Origin: Eledone cirrhosa
Lineage: Eukaryota
NCBI GenBank assembly: GCA_964016885.1
Contig: OZ024743.1
Span: 73,036,001-73,100,000 of the forward strand
DNA: 64,000 bases
Reading direction: 5' to 3'
Shown: positions 12,240 through 25,084 of the stretch, piece after piece
Layout: each line of letters begins with the position of its first letter
Position numbering within the stretch: the first letter of the stretch is position 1
Notes under the pieces: model-generated
Told to the model about the DNA's origin: nothing
What the model saw: the letters and a program-made list of their open reading frames with translations, nothing else
Database searches by the model: none
Program-made: the position numbers and the translations under genes

Positions 12240-13264
12240 GATTACATTTATTGTATTCAGCCATGACCCTCACATCAAACATGAGAACCCAATTGCTCGG
12301 TGACCACTCATCAGCCAACTTCTCGAAGGACCTCTTAACAGTTGGTGACGGCACTGCACCTTCAGATGCAGCTGAAGAAATTGCAGTCTCGCAAGTAGGC
12401 ACCGTTGTCGATACTGTTGACGACTTCACAGCCTCTGTCTTATGGCCATCAACTACAAAAACATGAGTTGGCTGTGCGACAGAGCCATATTGGCTCCCAA
12501 AAATGTCTTCGTTGCAAAAATTAATGAGGACCTTCTGCAACGCATTACTGGAAACCTACATACCTACAAATCTGTGGACAAAGTTGTGGACAAAGATGAG
12601 GTTGACGATTTTCCCACAGAATTCCGCAATTCCTTGTATCTCTCTGGACTGCCACCTCATGAACTGCGCGTCAAAGTTGGGACTCCAATGATGCTGTTGA
12701 GGAACCTGGAACCACCGCGTCTCTGCAACGGAACACGGTTAGTGGTAAAAACCTCCTACCGCATGTAATTGAAGCCACAATTCTCACGGGCTGCGGTGCT
12801 GGAGAAAACGTCTTTATACCCAGAATACCATTAACTCCATCAGTTACGGTATGCCCTTGTACTCTGCGCCGACTTCAATTCCCCGCAAAATTTTGCTTCG
12901 CGATGTCAATCAACAAGTCCCAAGGCCAAACGCTATCAAAGGGCAGGCCTCCATTTAGCCCAGCCGTGCTTCTCACGCGGCCAATTATACGTCGCGTGCT
13001 CAAGAGTGGGATGCAAGCAGAACTTATTCATACTTGCGCCCAAAGGCAGAACAAAAAGTGTGGCCTACAGAGAGGTGTTGTGACTCCTCTATTCAGCACC
13101 ACTACAGTCTTGCCGGTCTGACATACGGTGAGTAGATGCTATTGTTGTATATTTTCAAACTTACCCGTATTTACTTTCTTTGACTCAATAATTATAATTG
13201 AGTGGAATCCTTAAGAGTACTTTAAATCAATTAAACTCCGAGCAACGCCGGGCACTTCTGCTAG
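12240..13264 (+). mobile_element. Helitron 3' fragment: PIF1-family helicase C-terminus (frameshifted) + terminal hairpin + CTAG
   Basis: RAILAPKN, FPTEF.NSL..SGLPPHELRVKVGTPMMLLRNLEPPRLCNGTRL, VFIPRIPL, RRLQFP, FAMSINKSQGQTL, SHGQLYVACSRV. The end is ccgagcaacgccgggcacttctgCTAG|T at 13238-13265. Confidence 0.9.
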
Positions 13265-13811
13265 TATATATATATAAACCTATTTACATTCACACAATGT
13301 ATCAACTTGTTTTTGTACTGACATCATGACAAATATTTCTGACACATATGTAACAATTTAACGTGCAACATATCACTTTACAAACATAATAGCAGCCATT
13401 AAATATTTCATTGCTAATAAGAGAGAAAAGTATATATTCCAGATGATATTCAATATATAACTTTAACGTAAATGGGACTCTGTTTCATTAATATAATTAT
13501 TAGAGAAAATATCATGCACGATATTCCACACGTTATATTTCAATTGTAACCCAAAGAGCAGAAAGAAAATGAAATACGAATAAACTAAAATGAATAATTT
13601 ATTAATTTCATACTTCGCAGATCCTTTTGTCATTTTTATACGTATTATTTTCTCAAATATATATGCTATAATAATATCAGTTAGCATTTTACGAAAGCAA
13701 TAATTTGAGTGAAATGTTATATCGTTGATGACATTTACTTCTGTGTATTTAGTGTTCAATTTCCAACATATCCTACTATGATGTTCGACAGACTTTAATT
13801 AAAAGCATACA

Positions 13812-13932
13812 TAATTGTTTCTACTTTTGGCACAAGGACAGCAATTACCCAGTGCATTACTGGTACTTTATTTTATCGACCCCGTAAGGATGAAAGGCAA
13901 AGTTAACCTCGCCGGGATTTGAACTCAGAACA
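13812..13932 (-). mobile_element. tRNA-derived SINE family A, partial (other partial copies at about 12001-12097, 16705-16885, 19762-19900, 21563-21735, 29640-29705)
   Basis: Shared core (minus strand): gagttcaaatccc B box, gcctttcatccttacggggtcgataaaataaagtaccagt (Meta-domain-like) and tail ccttgtgccaaaagtagaaacaatt. Confidence 0.85.
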
Positions 13933-14152
13933 TTAAAAGCATACATAATGCCTGCATGAAATCACTCATATACTAACTTATATACATGTACGTATTTGTT
14001 TGCTTCCTTTCTCTGACCATATCAAGTCAAAGAGACACATGAAATAGTAGTTCTATGTTAATATTAACCTTGTTTTGGTTATTTTCGGTTATCAATTCTT
14101 ATGCGTTGCTGGTAGCTTAGATGTACAGAGGAAAAATCAAATACATTATATA

Positions 14153-14213
<61 letters not shown>

Positions 14214-14282
14214 ATACCCGGGTTCACACTTTAAGTAAGTTACTCTCTACATTAGTAGAGTGTAAGCATCATATTTTATAAA

Positions 14283-14390
14283 GCTTCTAAAGAACTAGAA
14301 ATGTTTCATTCGAAAGAAATCACCAGGAAAGCCCTGATGTTTTCTTTCGAATAAAGCAGTTCTACTTCTGTAGAAGCCATTTCTATAACA
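14283..14390. repeat. Foldback remnant of the HHR family seen at 23626-23745
   Basis: gcttcta..gaactagaa.tgtttcattcgaaagaaatca..agg pairs with cctgatgttttctttcgaataaagcagttcta..tgtagaagc. Confidence 0.6.
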
Positions 14391-14403
14391 AACTTCATAT
14401 ATC

Positions 14404-14437
<34 letters not shown>

Positions 14438-15393
14438 AGTTATTCCGGGTTGAATCGGAGGTAACCACAGTAAGGTACGCAATACACAGCAGTGTATAAA
14501 AGTTTTAATATAGGACTAGAACTGTTTCATTCGTGAGAAATCATACATTCGTGAGAAATCATACATTTTGTCATTCCATGAGAGTATCATGGTCAGCCTA
14601 TGAACTTTTCAGTCGACCCTCATATGTTCATGTGTAAATTGTAAATATTGGCTCTCAGATGAGAAGTAAATATCTTCTTATAACGATCAAGTTTTTAATT
14701 CAGCCCGGAATTTCAATATTTTACCTTCACTGTGCTTTTAAGTAGATATAATTACAAGCTAATTAACATCAATTAAGAAAGGTTTGGCGCGAGACTATTC
14801 ATATTCGCCTCAATTAACCTGCATCTTTACAAAGATTTAAATTACTTAGTTTACAATGTCAATCTGGCCATCCTGTTATTGAGAAGAAATGAAATTAGAC
14901 TGAGTAGACTACAAAAATATGTCCTTATTGAATTTGTAGTAGTAGTAGTAGTATTAGTAGTAGTAGTATTAGTAGTAGTAGCAGTGGTGGTAGTGGTGGT
15001 GGTGTTGGTGGCATTTCCGCAGACAATGGCCAGCAACACCCACTGCAGCAGCCACCCAACCTCGCGGGCTCCTTCCTCACATGGGCTGCTAACGATCCGA
15101 CAACCAACTTTGATATTAAAATATATATCCCTTCTTATATTTGCTCGCTCTTTGTATTAAAACCCTTTGAATTCAAAGTTTAGTTTTATTCCTCACAGGC
15201 TCACAAAAATATATAGTTGAATTCTATTATGTCACATTAAACATACAAGAGAAAATCCGGTATAGTAAGCCATGCTAAGACCATAAATACATTTACACTA
15301 TAGTATTTAGTACGCATTCTTTCACTGCTTTTCTCTCTCTCCCCCTCTCTCTCTCTCTCTCTCATCGTCTATCTCTCTTTCTCCCTCTCTCTC

Positions 15394-15428
<35 letters not shown>

Positions 15429-15436
15429 TTACATAA

Positions 15437-15517
<81 letters not shown>

Positions 15518-15577
15518 CATCTGCGAAACGCACGTGAAAGATCGATAGACCATAAAAAAAATACATGTAAACGAAAC

Positions 15578-15631
<54 letters not shown>

Positions 15632-15699
15632 CGAGGTCTAGCAAATAGAGAAAAAGTTTTAAAATACATTTTAAAAAATTCGCTGCCCTTACTATATGT

Positions 15700-15781
15700 G
15701 CCTTTACCGCGGTTTCATGCTCCAGAATAAACGGAAAATCCAAGCGGATTTCCATTGAGCAGGGAGGAATCTTCAGAAGGC
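15700..15781 (-). ncRNA. Type-I hammerhead ribozyme, intact core, extended stem II
   Basis: Minus strand: gcctt-CTGAAGA-[ttcctccc tgctc..ggaaatcc..ggattttcc..gagca t]-GAAA-ccgcgg-TA-aaggc. Stem III is the palindrome ACCGCGGT and the triplet is GUA. It sits in a segment of about 460 bp flanked by (TA)n. Confidence 0.75.
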
Positions 15782-16348
15782 TCTTCTCCCTCGGAGAATA
15801 TAAAATTCCCGAGTTCAAATCACAAACTGACGCCATACAAAACCATTCCCAAATGAGAGCGGGTGATAAAAGAAATAATTCTGTCTGGTGCCGTGTGCAA
15901 AGACAAAAGGCAGGGTGGACAGGTAAATGTCCTGCCACTAGAAATAGCAGCAGTCCAAACGGCCAAGATTTTATCTCTACCTTAGGGGGAGTTCAATAAT
16001 AATAAAGTATGAATTTCTACGTGTAAAAAATACATATAGGGAAACAAGTATTATCCAACCGTATGCCAATGTGGTTCTATGGCGGGTTAATATATATATA
16101 TATAGGTCAGCATCTAAACCCAAACCTGGAAATATTTCTTAATGTTCAATAAATTCGGTGAAATAGGAACACAGTAATTTGTGATGTTTATTGTTTTTGT
16201 TATGAATAGTTTTGTTGCTATTAATTTTATATTGTTTATTATCATCCGGATTAGCAGATTCGTTAAAGTGTCGAACAAATGAATAGCACTATTTGTTCAG
16301 ATTTCTATGTTCTAATTTCAAATCCCAGCGAGGAAATACCGGTGGAGT

Positions 16349-16600
16349 CATGTGGCCAAGTGGTAAGTGTGTTGAACGCGTATTCATAATACCGTGGGTT
16401 CGATTCATCGGCTTGGCTCTGTGTTGTTTTCTGGAGCAAAACACTTCATTTTACGTCGTTCCAGTATACTCAGCTAAAATGTTTAACAGCTGCGGATTTG
16501 AACTTGCGATGGTAGGCGTCCTGTCCAGTGATCGGTCTTGAGTTTAACGCCACCAGACCGGGAGAAGCTTCGGTCTGAGGAGACTCCTGTCTAGAATCAA
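16349..16600 (+). mobile_element. tRNA-derived SINE family B (related copies at about 17030-17420, 21180-21540, 22455-22760, 23800-24030, 28857-29220, 40335-40670, 53190-53320 minus, 60294-60570)
   Basis: A box tggccaagtgg, B box ggttcgattc, then gtgt.cttgagcaa.acactt.atttcacgttgctccagt..actca (CORE/V-like central domain). Confidence 0.75.
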
Positions 16601-17969
16601 CTTAAATGTTTCAGAGGACGAGGGGAAACGTTGCCTTTGATTCTTCCGATTTCGAAATAAACGAATCTCCCCTTTCCTCCAATTGTGCTAATGTTATAAA
16701 TAACAATTGTTTCTACTTTTGGCACAAGGCCAGCGATTACCCAGTACATTACTGGTACTTTATTTTATCGACCTCGTAAGGATGAAAGGCAAAGTTAACC
16801 TCGGCGGGATTTAAACTCAGTTCGTAAAGGGCCGTAACTCTATGCGTCCAAGCACGGCGTCCGACCCTTTACCGATACTGCCAATGTTAGAAATAATAAT
16901 GAAGTTGTAATCTGTATTCAGCATTTCCTTGTTCCTCGGTATTTTGATATCAAGCTTTCTCGTACCGCCAGTTGTATCTAGTACATTCCGTACGGTTCTT
17001 GTCAAGCAAATAAGCGTTTTGTAGAGCATTGAGCTCACAATCATAAGGTTGTAAGCTGGATTCCCGGACCGAGTGGTGTGTTGTTTTCTTAAGCAAAACA
17101 CTTTATTTTGCGTTGCTCCAGTTTACTTATCTGTAGAAATGAGTTGCGACGGCACTGTTGCTAAGCTATATCGGCTTTTGCCTTTCCTAGTGTATTGTAT
17201 AGAGTGTATATATAATGTATATATAATGTATATCTATGTTGTGATTCATTGGTACCAAGCTGATCGGCCATTGACTTTCTCTTGGACAACTTCTGTGGCT
17301 TGGATAGAGGGGAGACTGGTCTGCATGTGTAACTTGTGGTCGTCCACAAACACACCTTGCCAAGGCTTGTGCCTCGGTGGGAACTTTTTGGGTGCAAAAT
17401 TGTGGCCATACATGACTGGTACGGAAATTCAGGCAGTTCACTTCTTATACAACTTCAGCCACACTAAAGTTGATTGGGTTTCCCTAAGGCTCCTAATATA
17501 TTATTATAGGGATGCTAACAACACATTTCGCTATGGATTTCAGATACAACAACTTACTTCAACTTGTTTATTACACAATTATTCATCTGCTTCCAACATC
17601 TCGCAATGTTATTTCTATATTGTTGTATAGTTTTCTTTTATTCAGGAAAAACATTTCAAATATTGTAGAGTTATTGTTGAAAGAGATTTGCAATAAAAAG
17701 TTATATAATTTCGTATTTTCTTTTTTTTTTTATTACATACCAGTAATTCAATCGAATACATAATTTTCTTTTCCAAATAGATCATATATATATATACATA
17801 TAATAGAACACACACACACACTCACACACACACACACACACACACTCACACACATATTTATATATATATGCTATATATACACATATATATACATATATAT
17901 ACCTACATATATATATACATATATATATATATACCTACATATATATATATACATATATATATATATACC

Positions 17970-18002
<33 letters not shown>

Positions 18003-18006
<4 letters not shown>

Positions 18007-18308
18007 AAATAAATAAGTCAAATATTTAAAATTTGGCTTCGTTTATTACTGCTATATATATTTCGGTGACAGCCATCTTTGGCTGTGACCTCTTCAGGCA
18101 GTCCGAATTAGTGTGGTAGAGACGAATACACATGTTGTTGAGGCGTTTAACTTTGTCAATACTCTGATATTCCCAGTTCCACAACAACATGTGTACTCGT
18201 CTCTACCACACTAATTCGGACTGCCAAAGATGGCTGTCACAGAAATATATATAGCAGTAATAAACGAAGCTAAATTTACATATTTGACTTATTTATTTTA
18301 GTTTATTT
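18003..18308. mobile_element. Inverted pair of pLTR fragments flanked by (TA)n
   Basis: About 18003-18140 is the reverse complement of about 18182-18308. The right arm lacks 16 nt (tgaagaggtcacagcc) of the HHR. Confidence 0.8.
18048..18102 (-). ncRNA. Type-I hammerhead ribozyme, intact
   Basis: Minus strand: actgc-CTGAAGA-ggt.acagcca-aaga-tggctgt.acc-GAAA-tatata-TA-gcagt, followed by AATAAA. Stem III is the palindrome ATATATAT. Confidence 0.85.
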
Positions 18309-18441
18309 TACATTACTCCGGAGTAACCAAACCTGCGCACTTCGTCGAGTGCTCCAATCTGCATACTGAGTTGTTGGTATACAGCCAACATATACTCAAA
18401 AAACGAAAAAAAAACAAAAAAATATATATATATATACACAC

Positions 18442-18554
<113 letters not shown>

Positions 18555-18750
18555 CATATAGGCATACATGCAAAACGCGCGTAACAGGGCGATACGCAAT
18601 AAATATTTTTCATTTGTAAACAAAACTCACTCGTGTTTTCTATTATATACATATATATATACATATATATATATACATATATGCATACACACACACACCA
18701 CACACACACACAAACAGACACACACACACACACACACTATGGACACACAC

Positions 18751-18786
<36 letters not shown>

Positions 18787-19254
18787 AAACCAATTATAAA
18801 ATGTTAATAAAAACATCTTTTCTACCAGAATATAATGTATTGACTGGTAAATATATTGGAATTGTTTCTTTCTGAAATGATGGTTATTTAATGTTGAAAC
18901 ACTTTGATTTAGTTCTTAAAACATCTTTACTTTAGTCTCTGGCAAAGCTGTTCAATTCAATAGTTTTAATGAGAACTATTCATAGAAATAAATATATGGC
19001 CATTTATTTAATATTTATTCAAATATATATTTTATTGAAGTCTTTAATATCAGATATCAGGATAATGTTGTTGTTGTTTTTTAAGTCGGTATAAATTCGA
19101 GAAAGAAAGAATAAAAAGTAACATAGTATTGGATATAAACGTATATTTGTTGGATATTTTTCTTTTTCAATTGTCTCCTGATTGCCCGTCTTTTTGGGGT
19201 ACACAAAAACGTTATCCATACACAACAGACACGGAAAAGATAGACTCAGTATGA

Positions 19255-19745
19255 TTATGATTGTGACAAAATATTTATAGACGAGAGATACGTGCAGTAT
19301 GGACAATATAGTGACAGGATTGTTACAGGATTGTGACAAGATTGTGACGAAATATTGTCACTCAAAACATACACTCGATTTAACAAGATTGTGATAAAAT
19401 ATTAATAGTCGAAAGATACAATCAGTAAGGACGGGATTGTGACAAAATTGTGTGAGCGTTGTGAGAGGGTTGTGACGGGATTATGACAGGATTGTGACAG
19501 GGTTGTGACAGAATTATAACAAAATATTGATAGACGTGAGATACACCCAGCATAGACAGGATTGTGACAACATTGTGAGAGGGTTGTGACAGGGTTGTGA
19601 CAGAATTATAACAAAATATTGATAAATGAGATATATAATCACTATGGACAGTATTGTGACACGATTGTGAGAACATTTTGATAGAAAAGAGATACAAAAG
19701 AAACACGTAACAGATACACTCAGTGTAAAAGTGTTGTGACAAATG
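19255..19745. repeat. Degenerate about 10-bp minisatellite (ttgtgacagg-like) with higher-order repeats
   Basis: Many ttgtgac(a)/ttgtgaga units, and duplicated gggttgtgacagaattataacaaaatattgata blocks. Confidence 0.8.
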
Positions 19746-20154
19746 TTAGAACAATAGAACAATGGTTTCTAATTTAGTCACAAGGACAGAAATTTTAGGG
19801 AAAGAAGACATCGATAATGTTGACCTCAGTACGTAGCTAGTACACTATTTCATTGACCCTGGAAGGATGAAATACAAATTTCACCTCGGTGGGATCTGAA
19901 ATCAGATAGTAATTAGCTTCGACAAATTATAGAGACTTCAAATGTTCGGCTAATCCACCATCTTTTTAGAACTATAGAATAAAACTTCATTGAAATTGGT
20001 ACAAGGTGAATAATTTAGGGAAAGGGTAAATTCTAACATATCGACTCCAGTACACTGCGAGACTTGAACTCAAAAAGTAAGTTCTAGATTAGTAATAAAA
20101 TTATCGAACCTCTACAGATTTGATACTGAAGGTACCGGATGTAATTCCGTATGA

Positions 20155-20406
20155 CATTTTGAGGAGGCCAAACTCTTCAAATACCGGTCGCTCTCCGACA
20201 GGTTTGCGGTTGTACCCTTGGCAGGGGAGACTTCTGGTGTCCTCGGCAATAGGACTACCTCCATACTCACCACCATAGGCGCTGAGCTGGCCAGCCGCAG
20301 GTGTGAGCCTCGCGAGCTGGAATGGCTTTTCCAGCGTGTCTCCCTCGCCGTCCTTCTCCATTCTGTCCACCGGGGCTGTGGAGAGGCCACCAATATGATT
20401 GACTGA
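20155..20406 (+). mobile_element. CRE-type RLE non-LTR retrotransposon, C-terminal fragment
   Basis: EAKLFKYRSLSDRFAVVPLAGETSGVLG...IGAELASRRCEPRELEWLFQRVSLAV fits the K..KY...F.P.A.ET.G..G...FQR.S.AV pattern of CRE-like RLE tails. Confidence 0.7.
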
Positions 20407-20770
20407 CTTGTCATTTCATCAGTCAGATATTTTTAGACATCAACCAGTTAAATATGATTCATTCTGTGCAATAAAATAGAAATAAGTAAAAAAAAAAACC
20501 TACTTTCATAGACGTCTGCCATTCTCACAGCCCCTCTCCCCTTCACTATATTTATTTCTTCTGTATTCTCTTCCTCCATCCTCTTCTCTCTCATTCTCTT
20601 GCTCGTGCGCTTTTCACTCATTCTCTTTGCCACCCTTTCTATCTACCCTATAATGATTCTATCACTTCACACTCTCTTATGGTCAAGCACAATTAAATTA
20701 CCTTCCTTTTTTTAACTTTTGTTGTTAGTTATTTTTTTTTTTTTGTACGTAGACTACTATTTCCTTATTA

Positions 20771-21168
20771 GGTGGATTGGCAGTATCGGTAGAGGGTAAG
20801 ACACCATGCTTTGACGCACAGAGTTAGCGCCCTTGCCATTCTGAGATCAAATCCCGCCGAGGTTAACTTTGCCTTTCATCCTTACAGGGTCGATACAATA
20901 AAGTACCAGTAATGCACTGGGGAATTGCTGGCCTTGTGCCAAAAGTAGAAACAATAATTTGATGTCCGTAGGGCGGTAGATTGGCACTATCGATAGAATG
21001 TTGGATAACATGATTTGCCGCATAGAGTTACGGCCCTTTGTGTTCTGCTTTTTCGTCCATCATTACGGGGTCGACAATATAAAGCACCAGTAATGCATTG
21101 GGCTCGATTTAATCGACTTTCCACTCCACCCAAATCGTCGGCCCTATGTCTAAATCAGAAACAATTAT
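20771..21168 (+). mobile_element. Two head-to-tail SINE family A copies
   Basis: ggtggattggcagtatcggtagaggg...ccttgtgccaaaagtagaaacaat at 20771-20958; a more diverged copy at 20971-21168. Confidence 0.85.
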
Positions 21169-22923
21169 TAAATTTCCGTGTACACAGCCTGGCCGAATGG
21201 TAAAGAGGATCATTTTGCAATAATTACATCGAAGCTTCGATCTTTCTGCGTGGCAATTTGGGCAAGTGTCATCTACCTTAGCCATATATCGACCCATGGT
21301 TTGTGAATGACGTCCGGTTTATGGAAACTTTGTGAATCATTGGATGGAATGCACTTGTAATTCAAAAGACGAGCTTTGTCACACAATTTGTCAGGATGAA
21401 TCTCATTGAGATGTAACTAGAGTGTACAAGTGTTTGTTGAGAACGCTGCCACTTAAACAATTGTTTTCCTGCGCAGACTGTTCAAACAAGTGTTGATCAA
21501 ACAATTCGTTCACGCCTCGTCAAAACCGACGGAGATTCATCGTTCAATTGTTTCATATAAAATAATTATTTCTACTTTTGGAACAAAGCTGGCATCCACC
21601 CAGTACATTACTGGTACTTTATTTTATCGGCCCCGTAAGGATGAAAGACAAAGTTAACCTTGACGGCATTTGAACTCAAACCGTAAAGGGACGTAACTAT
21701 GCTGGAAAGCATGGCATCCAACCCTCTACCGATACTTTCATATGAAATAATGTTTAAGATCTTTGTTAGAAAATGATGTGTAATAAGCAGTGTCTTCTTT
21801 ATAACTACTTAGCCACAAGAAATCTGAAATCACATTCTAATAATATTTTTCATGTTAGAAAACGACAACTTCTTTACTTCTCATAGAGTTTTGCTCAAAA
21901 TATTCACCAAGTATTTTTAATAATAAAGAATTGTCTTTTTAGTTTTCGTTTTGAATTAAAAATAAAATTGAATTATTTTCTTCATCTCAAAAAAAAAAAA
22001 AAGAATCAATATATATATATGGTTCACTTATACATATTATAAAACTAATCTTAAAGTAGAATATTCGATCTCCATTTTTTTCGGTTTTAATATTTTCTGT
22101 CCAATCTTATTTGATCAAACATGAAGATTTACCGGTTAGTATGTGTGACTTACTGTCGTAGTACCAGGGGTTCTATAGCGGCTGGTACGCTGTATATTTG
22201 AACAAATCGCTTTATTTCACGTTGCTGCAGTACACTCAGCAGTCAAAGTACCAGCCTGGTCACAAACTGTGTCACGCTGAATCTCCCTGAGAATATATAG
22301 ATACACGTGTCTGTGAAACGCTCGGTCACTTGCAGGTCAATTTTGTAAGGATAAACAAACTGAAACACTCGTAGTCAGGCCCAACGGAGTTCCATCAAAA
22401 ACAACATTTTATCGCAGGTTTAGTTTAATGTGTTTGGTATGTCATGTGAAGGCAAGTGGCTTTAGAAATAGGTTATTCGGCTCACAATATAAAGGTTGCG
22501 AATTTGATTTCCGGCAGCGCGTGTGCCCTTGAGCAAGACAATTTTTTTCACAGTCTACTCAGTTGGCAAAAATGAGTTGTAGATCTAATTAGAAGGACCA
22601 GCCTTTTGACATTATGTATTCCGCTGATTCTTTCTGAGAACTATGTGAAGCGTACGTGTGTTTGTGGAATGCACAGCCCATTGCACGTTAATTTCAAGAG
22701 AAGGCTATTCCATTGATCGTATCAACTGGAACAATCGGTGTCGTAACCGACGGAGATTCGTTAATGGTTTGTCATATTTTCAATTTCTATATTACGCCTC
22801 ATCTATATCCTGAATAAATTACTGTTTTCACACCAATATTCCGGTTGGTATTTCAAGAAGTGGACTGAACAATGACACTACTTGTTTAATGTTCTGTAAT
22901 CCGCCCATCAATGGTGGGTTATG

Positions 22924-22967
<44 letters not shown>

Positions 22968-22969
22968 TC

Positions 22970-23225
22970 AGGGAGTGTAACTTAGAGTTACTGTAGATTC
23001 ACCCGGGCGAGCACTCGATGTTTACGTTCACTTCAGTGTCGAGGTGTAGAGCTAGATAGAATGTATAATAGTAAAATAAAATAACAAGGACGATTGGTTA
23101 CTCCTCCATTGCGTTTATTGGTTGGTGACGCGCGTTTCGCCACTCGTTAGCTCAAGGTTCTATCTGTATCGATCTATCCCGATTCATTTTCCCATTACCA
23201 TTATAAGGGGTCTGACGAGCCGGTT
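22970..23225. mobile_element. pLTR remnant whose HHR is split by an internal inversion; colinear relative at about 36180-36340
   Basis: 3' half on minus at 23124-23141 (ggc-GAAA-cgcgcg-TC-acc..AATAAA); 5' half on plus at about 23209-23221 (ggt-CTGACGA-gcc). 36181-36300 carries both halves in order (tgacgagcc...ggcgaaacgcgcatcaccaaccaataaa). Confidence 0.65.
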
Positions 23226-23453
23226 TTGTAAAAAGAACTATACCTGTGCACGTGCCTAAGCATATATATATTTATATATATATATGATATAAAATCTTCT
23301 ACAGATTCCTAAATATTTTATACCTATGAAACAGTTCTAGTCCTGTAGAAGCCCTTTCTATATTAAATATGATGTTCAGACTTTACTAATTTAATGAGTA
23401 CTAGATTGACAGTGGTTACCTCTGTTTTAACTCGGGATCTACACACATACATG

Positions 23454-23560
<107 letters not shown>

Positions 23561-23625
23561 TTATCCCGGGTTCAATCGGGGGTACCCACAGTAAGTAAAG
23601 TACTCAATACAAAGAAGAGTATTAG

Positions 23626-23741
23626 TATTTAGTATAGAAAATGCTTCTACATGACTAGAACTGTTTCATTCGGGACAAATCATCTTGATGATTTCTCCCG
23701 AATGAAACAGTTCTAGTCCTGTAGAAGCCTTTTCTATATTA

Positions 23742-23745
<4 letters not shown>
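23626..23745. repeat. About 120-bp palindrome whose arms carry the HHR core
   Basis: tatagaaaa.gcttctaca.gactagaactgtttcattcggga.aaatcatc-tt-gatgatttctcccgaatgaaacagttctagtc.tgtagaagc.ttttctata. The right arm reads (t)TGATGA-tttctcccgaat-GAAA-cag-TT. Confidence 0.8.
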
Positions 23746-23783
<38 letters not shown>

Positions 23784-24959
23784 CAATATATAAAGCATGT
23801 CACTTTATTTCACGTCGCTTTAATGCACACAGTTGAGAAATTTGAGTATATGAGTTGTACCTCTATTTGAAAGGAATGGCTTTGACATTCACTGTCACGA
23901 TGAATCTCCTTCAGAACATACTTAATTGCACGCGTGCATGTGAAATGTACAGTCGTTTACACAAGAGCATCCTGTTCCGTTGAACGAATCAAATAAGACA
24001 ACCATCGTCGTAGCCGACGGAGTTCCAATACAGTAGTTTATCTATGTGGTTGGCATTTTTAGTCTAGTGTTAATGTCTTTGTGTTCTTATTCACATGAAA
24101 AATAAATTTAAATAAAAACTATATTTTCAATTTCAATTCTGCATTAGAAGAATATTCTATTAATCGAAACCTTAGATAAGAACGTCTTCTTCTATTAAGA
24201 TGTTTTAAAATAGTGGGTGTTTTTACATGGCAGCTCTATTTTGACATTCGTGTTCTGGCAGTTATCTGACATTCAATAGATTTTAAGTGATATATTGGAG
24301 TGTTATATATTGTATAGAAAAGAATATATCGAGTGCATAATTTCAAGAACTCATACGTATGACTTCCTTGAAAATACAAAGAAAACATAGGTTTGTGAAC
24401 GTGAACATAATTAGTGTTATTTCATGCCAACTATTTCAGTATACATTGATATACTGGAGACTAAAGAAACACCCCGCAGCCTGTGATGTCTAGTCAGTGT
24501 CATGCTTTTAACAGTTCAAATTACCACAGTTTTTTTTCTCGTCATTTGTTCTTCCAAAATCGATAAAATAATTATCCTCTATCGAATACAACTGTATAAT
24601 AACTATTCAATGCACTTGAAACTAAATGTATTGATTACATGTATCATTCCAATCCTGTGGGAAGATTTGTGATTTATCGAAAGAGGTATTTGAACGCAAC
24701 GCTCTAGGATAATGCAAGAAACATCGTTTTATTTTGCGATCAGATTTACTATCATAATTATCAACACCCACAAACAATACCATCAAAAGCATCCGTTATA
24801 TCATCATCAGCTTAAAGTTTAATTCTCAGCCATAATAGCAGCTCTTCTATACCAAAATAAAACGATAGTTTGACCCATCGATTAACAAGATATTTAGACA
24901 ATATATACTAAACCTAATTTTCTGTACATTTAAAATGTTGGTAATCAAACTCGCTATTA

Positions 24960-24960
24960 T

Positions 24961-25045
<85 letters not shown>

Positions 25046-25083
25046 CAGCAGTTGTAGTAGTAGTGGTTGTTGTTGCTGTAGTA
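24960..25083. repeat. (TAG)n trinucleotide microsatellite
   Basis: Direct inspection. Confidence 0.95.
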
Positions 25084-25084
25084 C

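Noticed and set aside
12442-13121. Host PIF1 helicase gene
   Set aside because: Frameshifted, intronless and followed by the Helitron hairpin-CTAG terminus.
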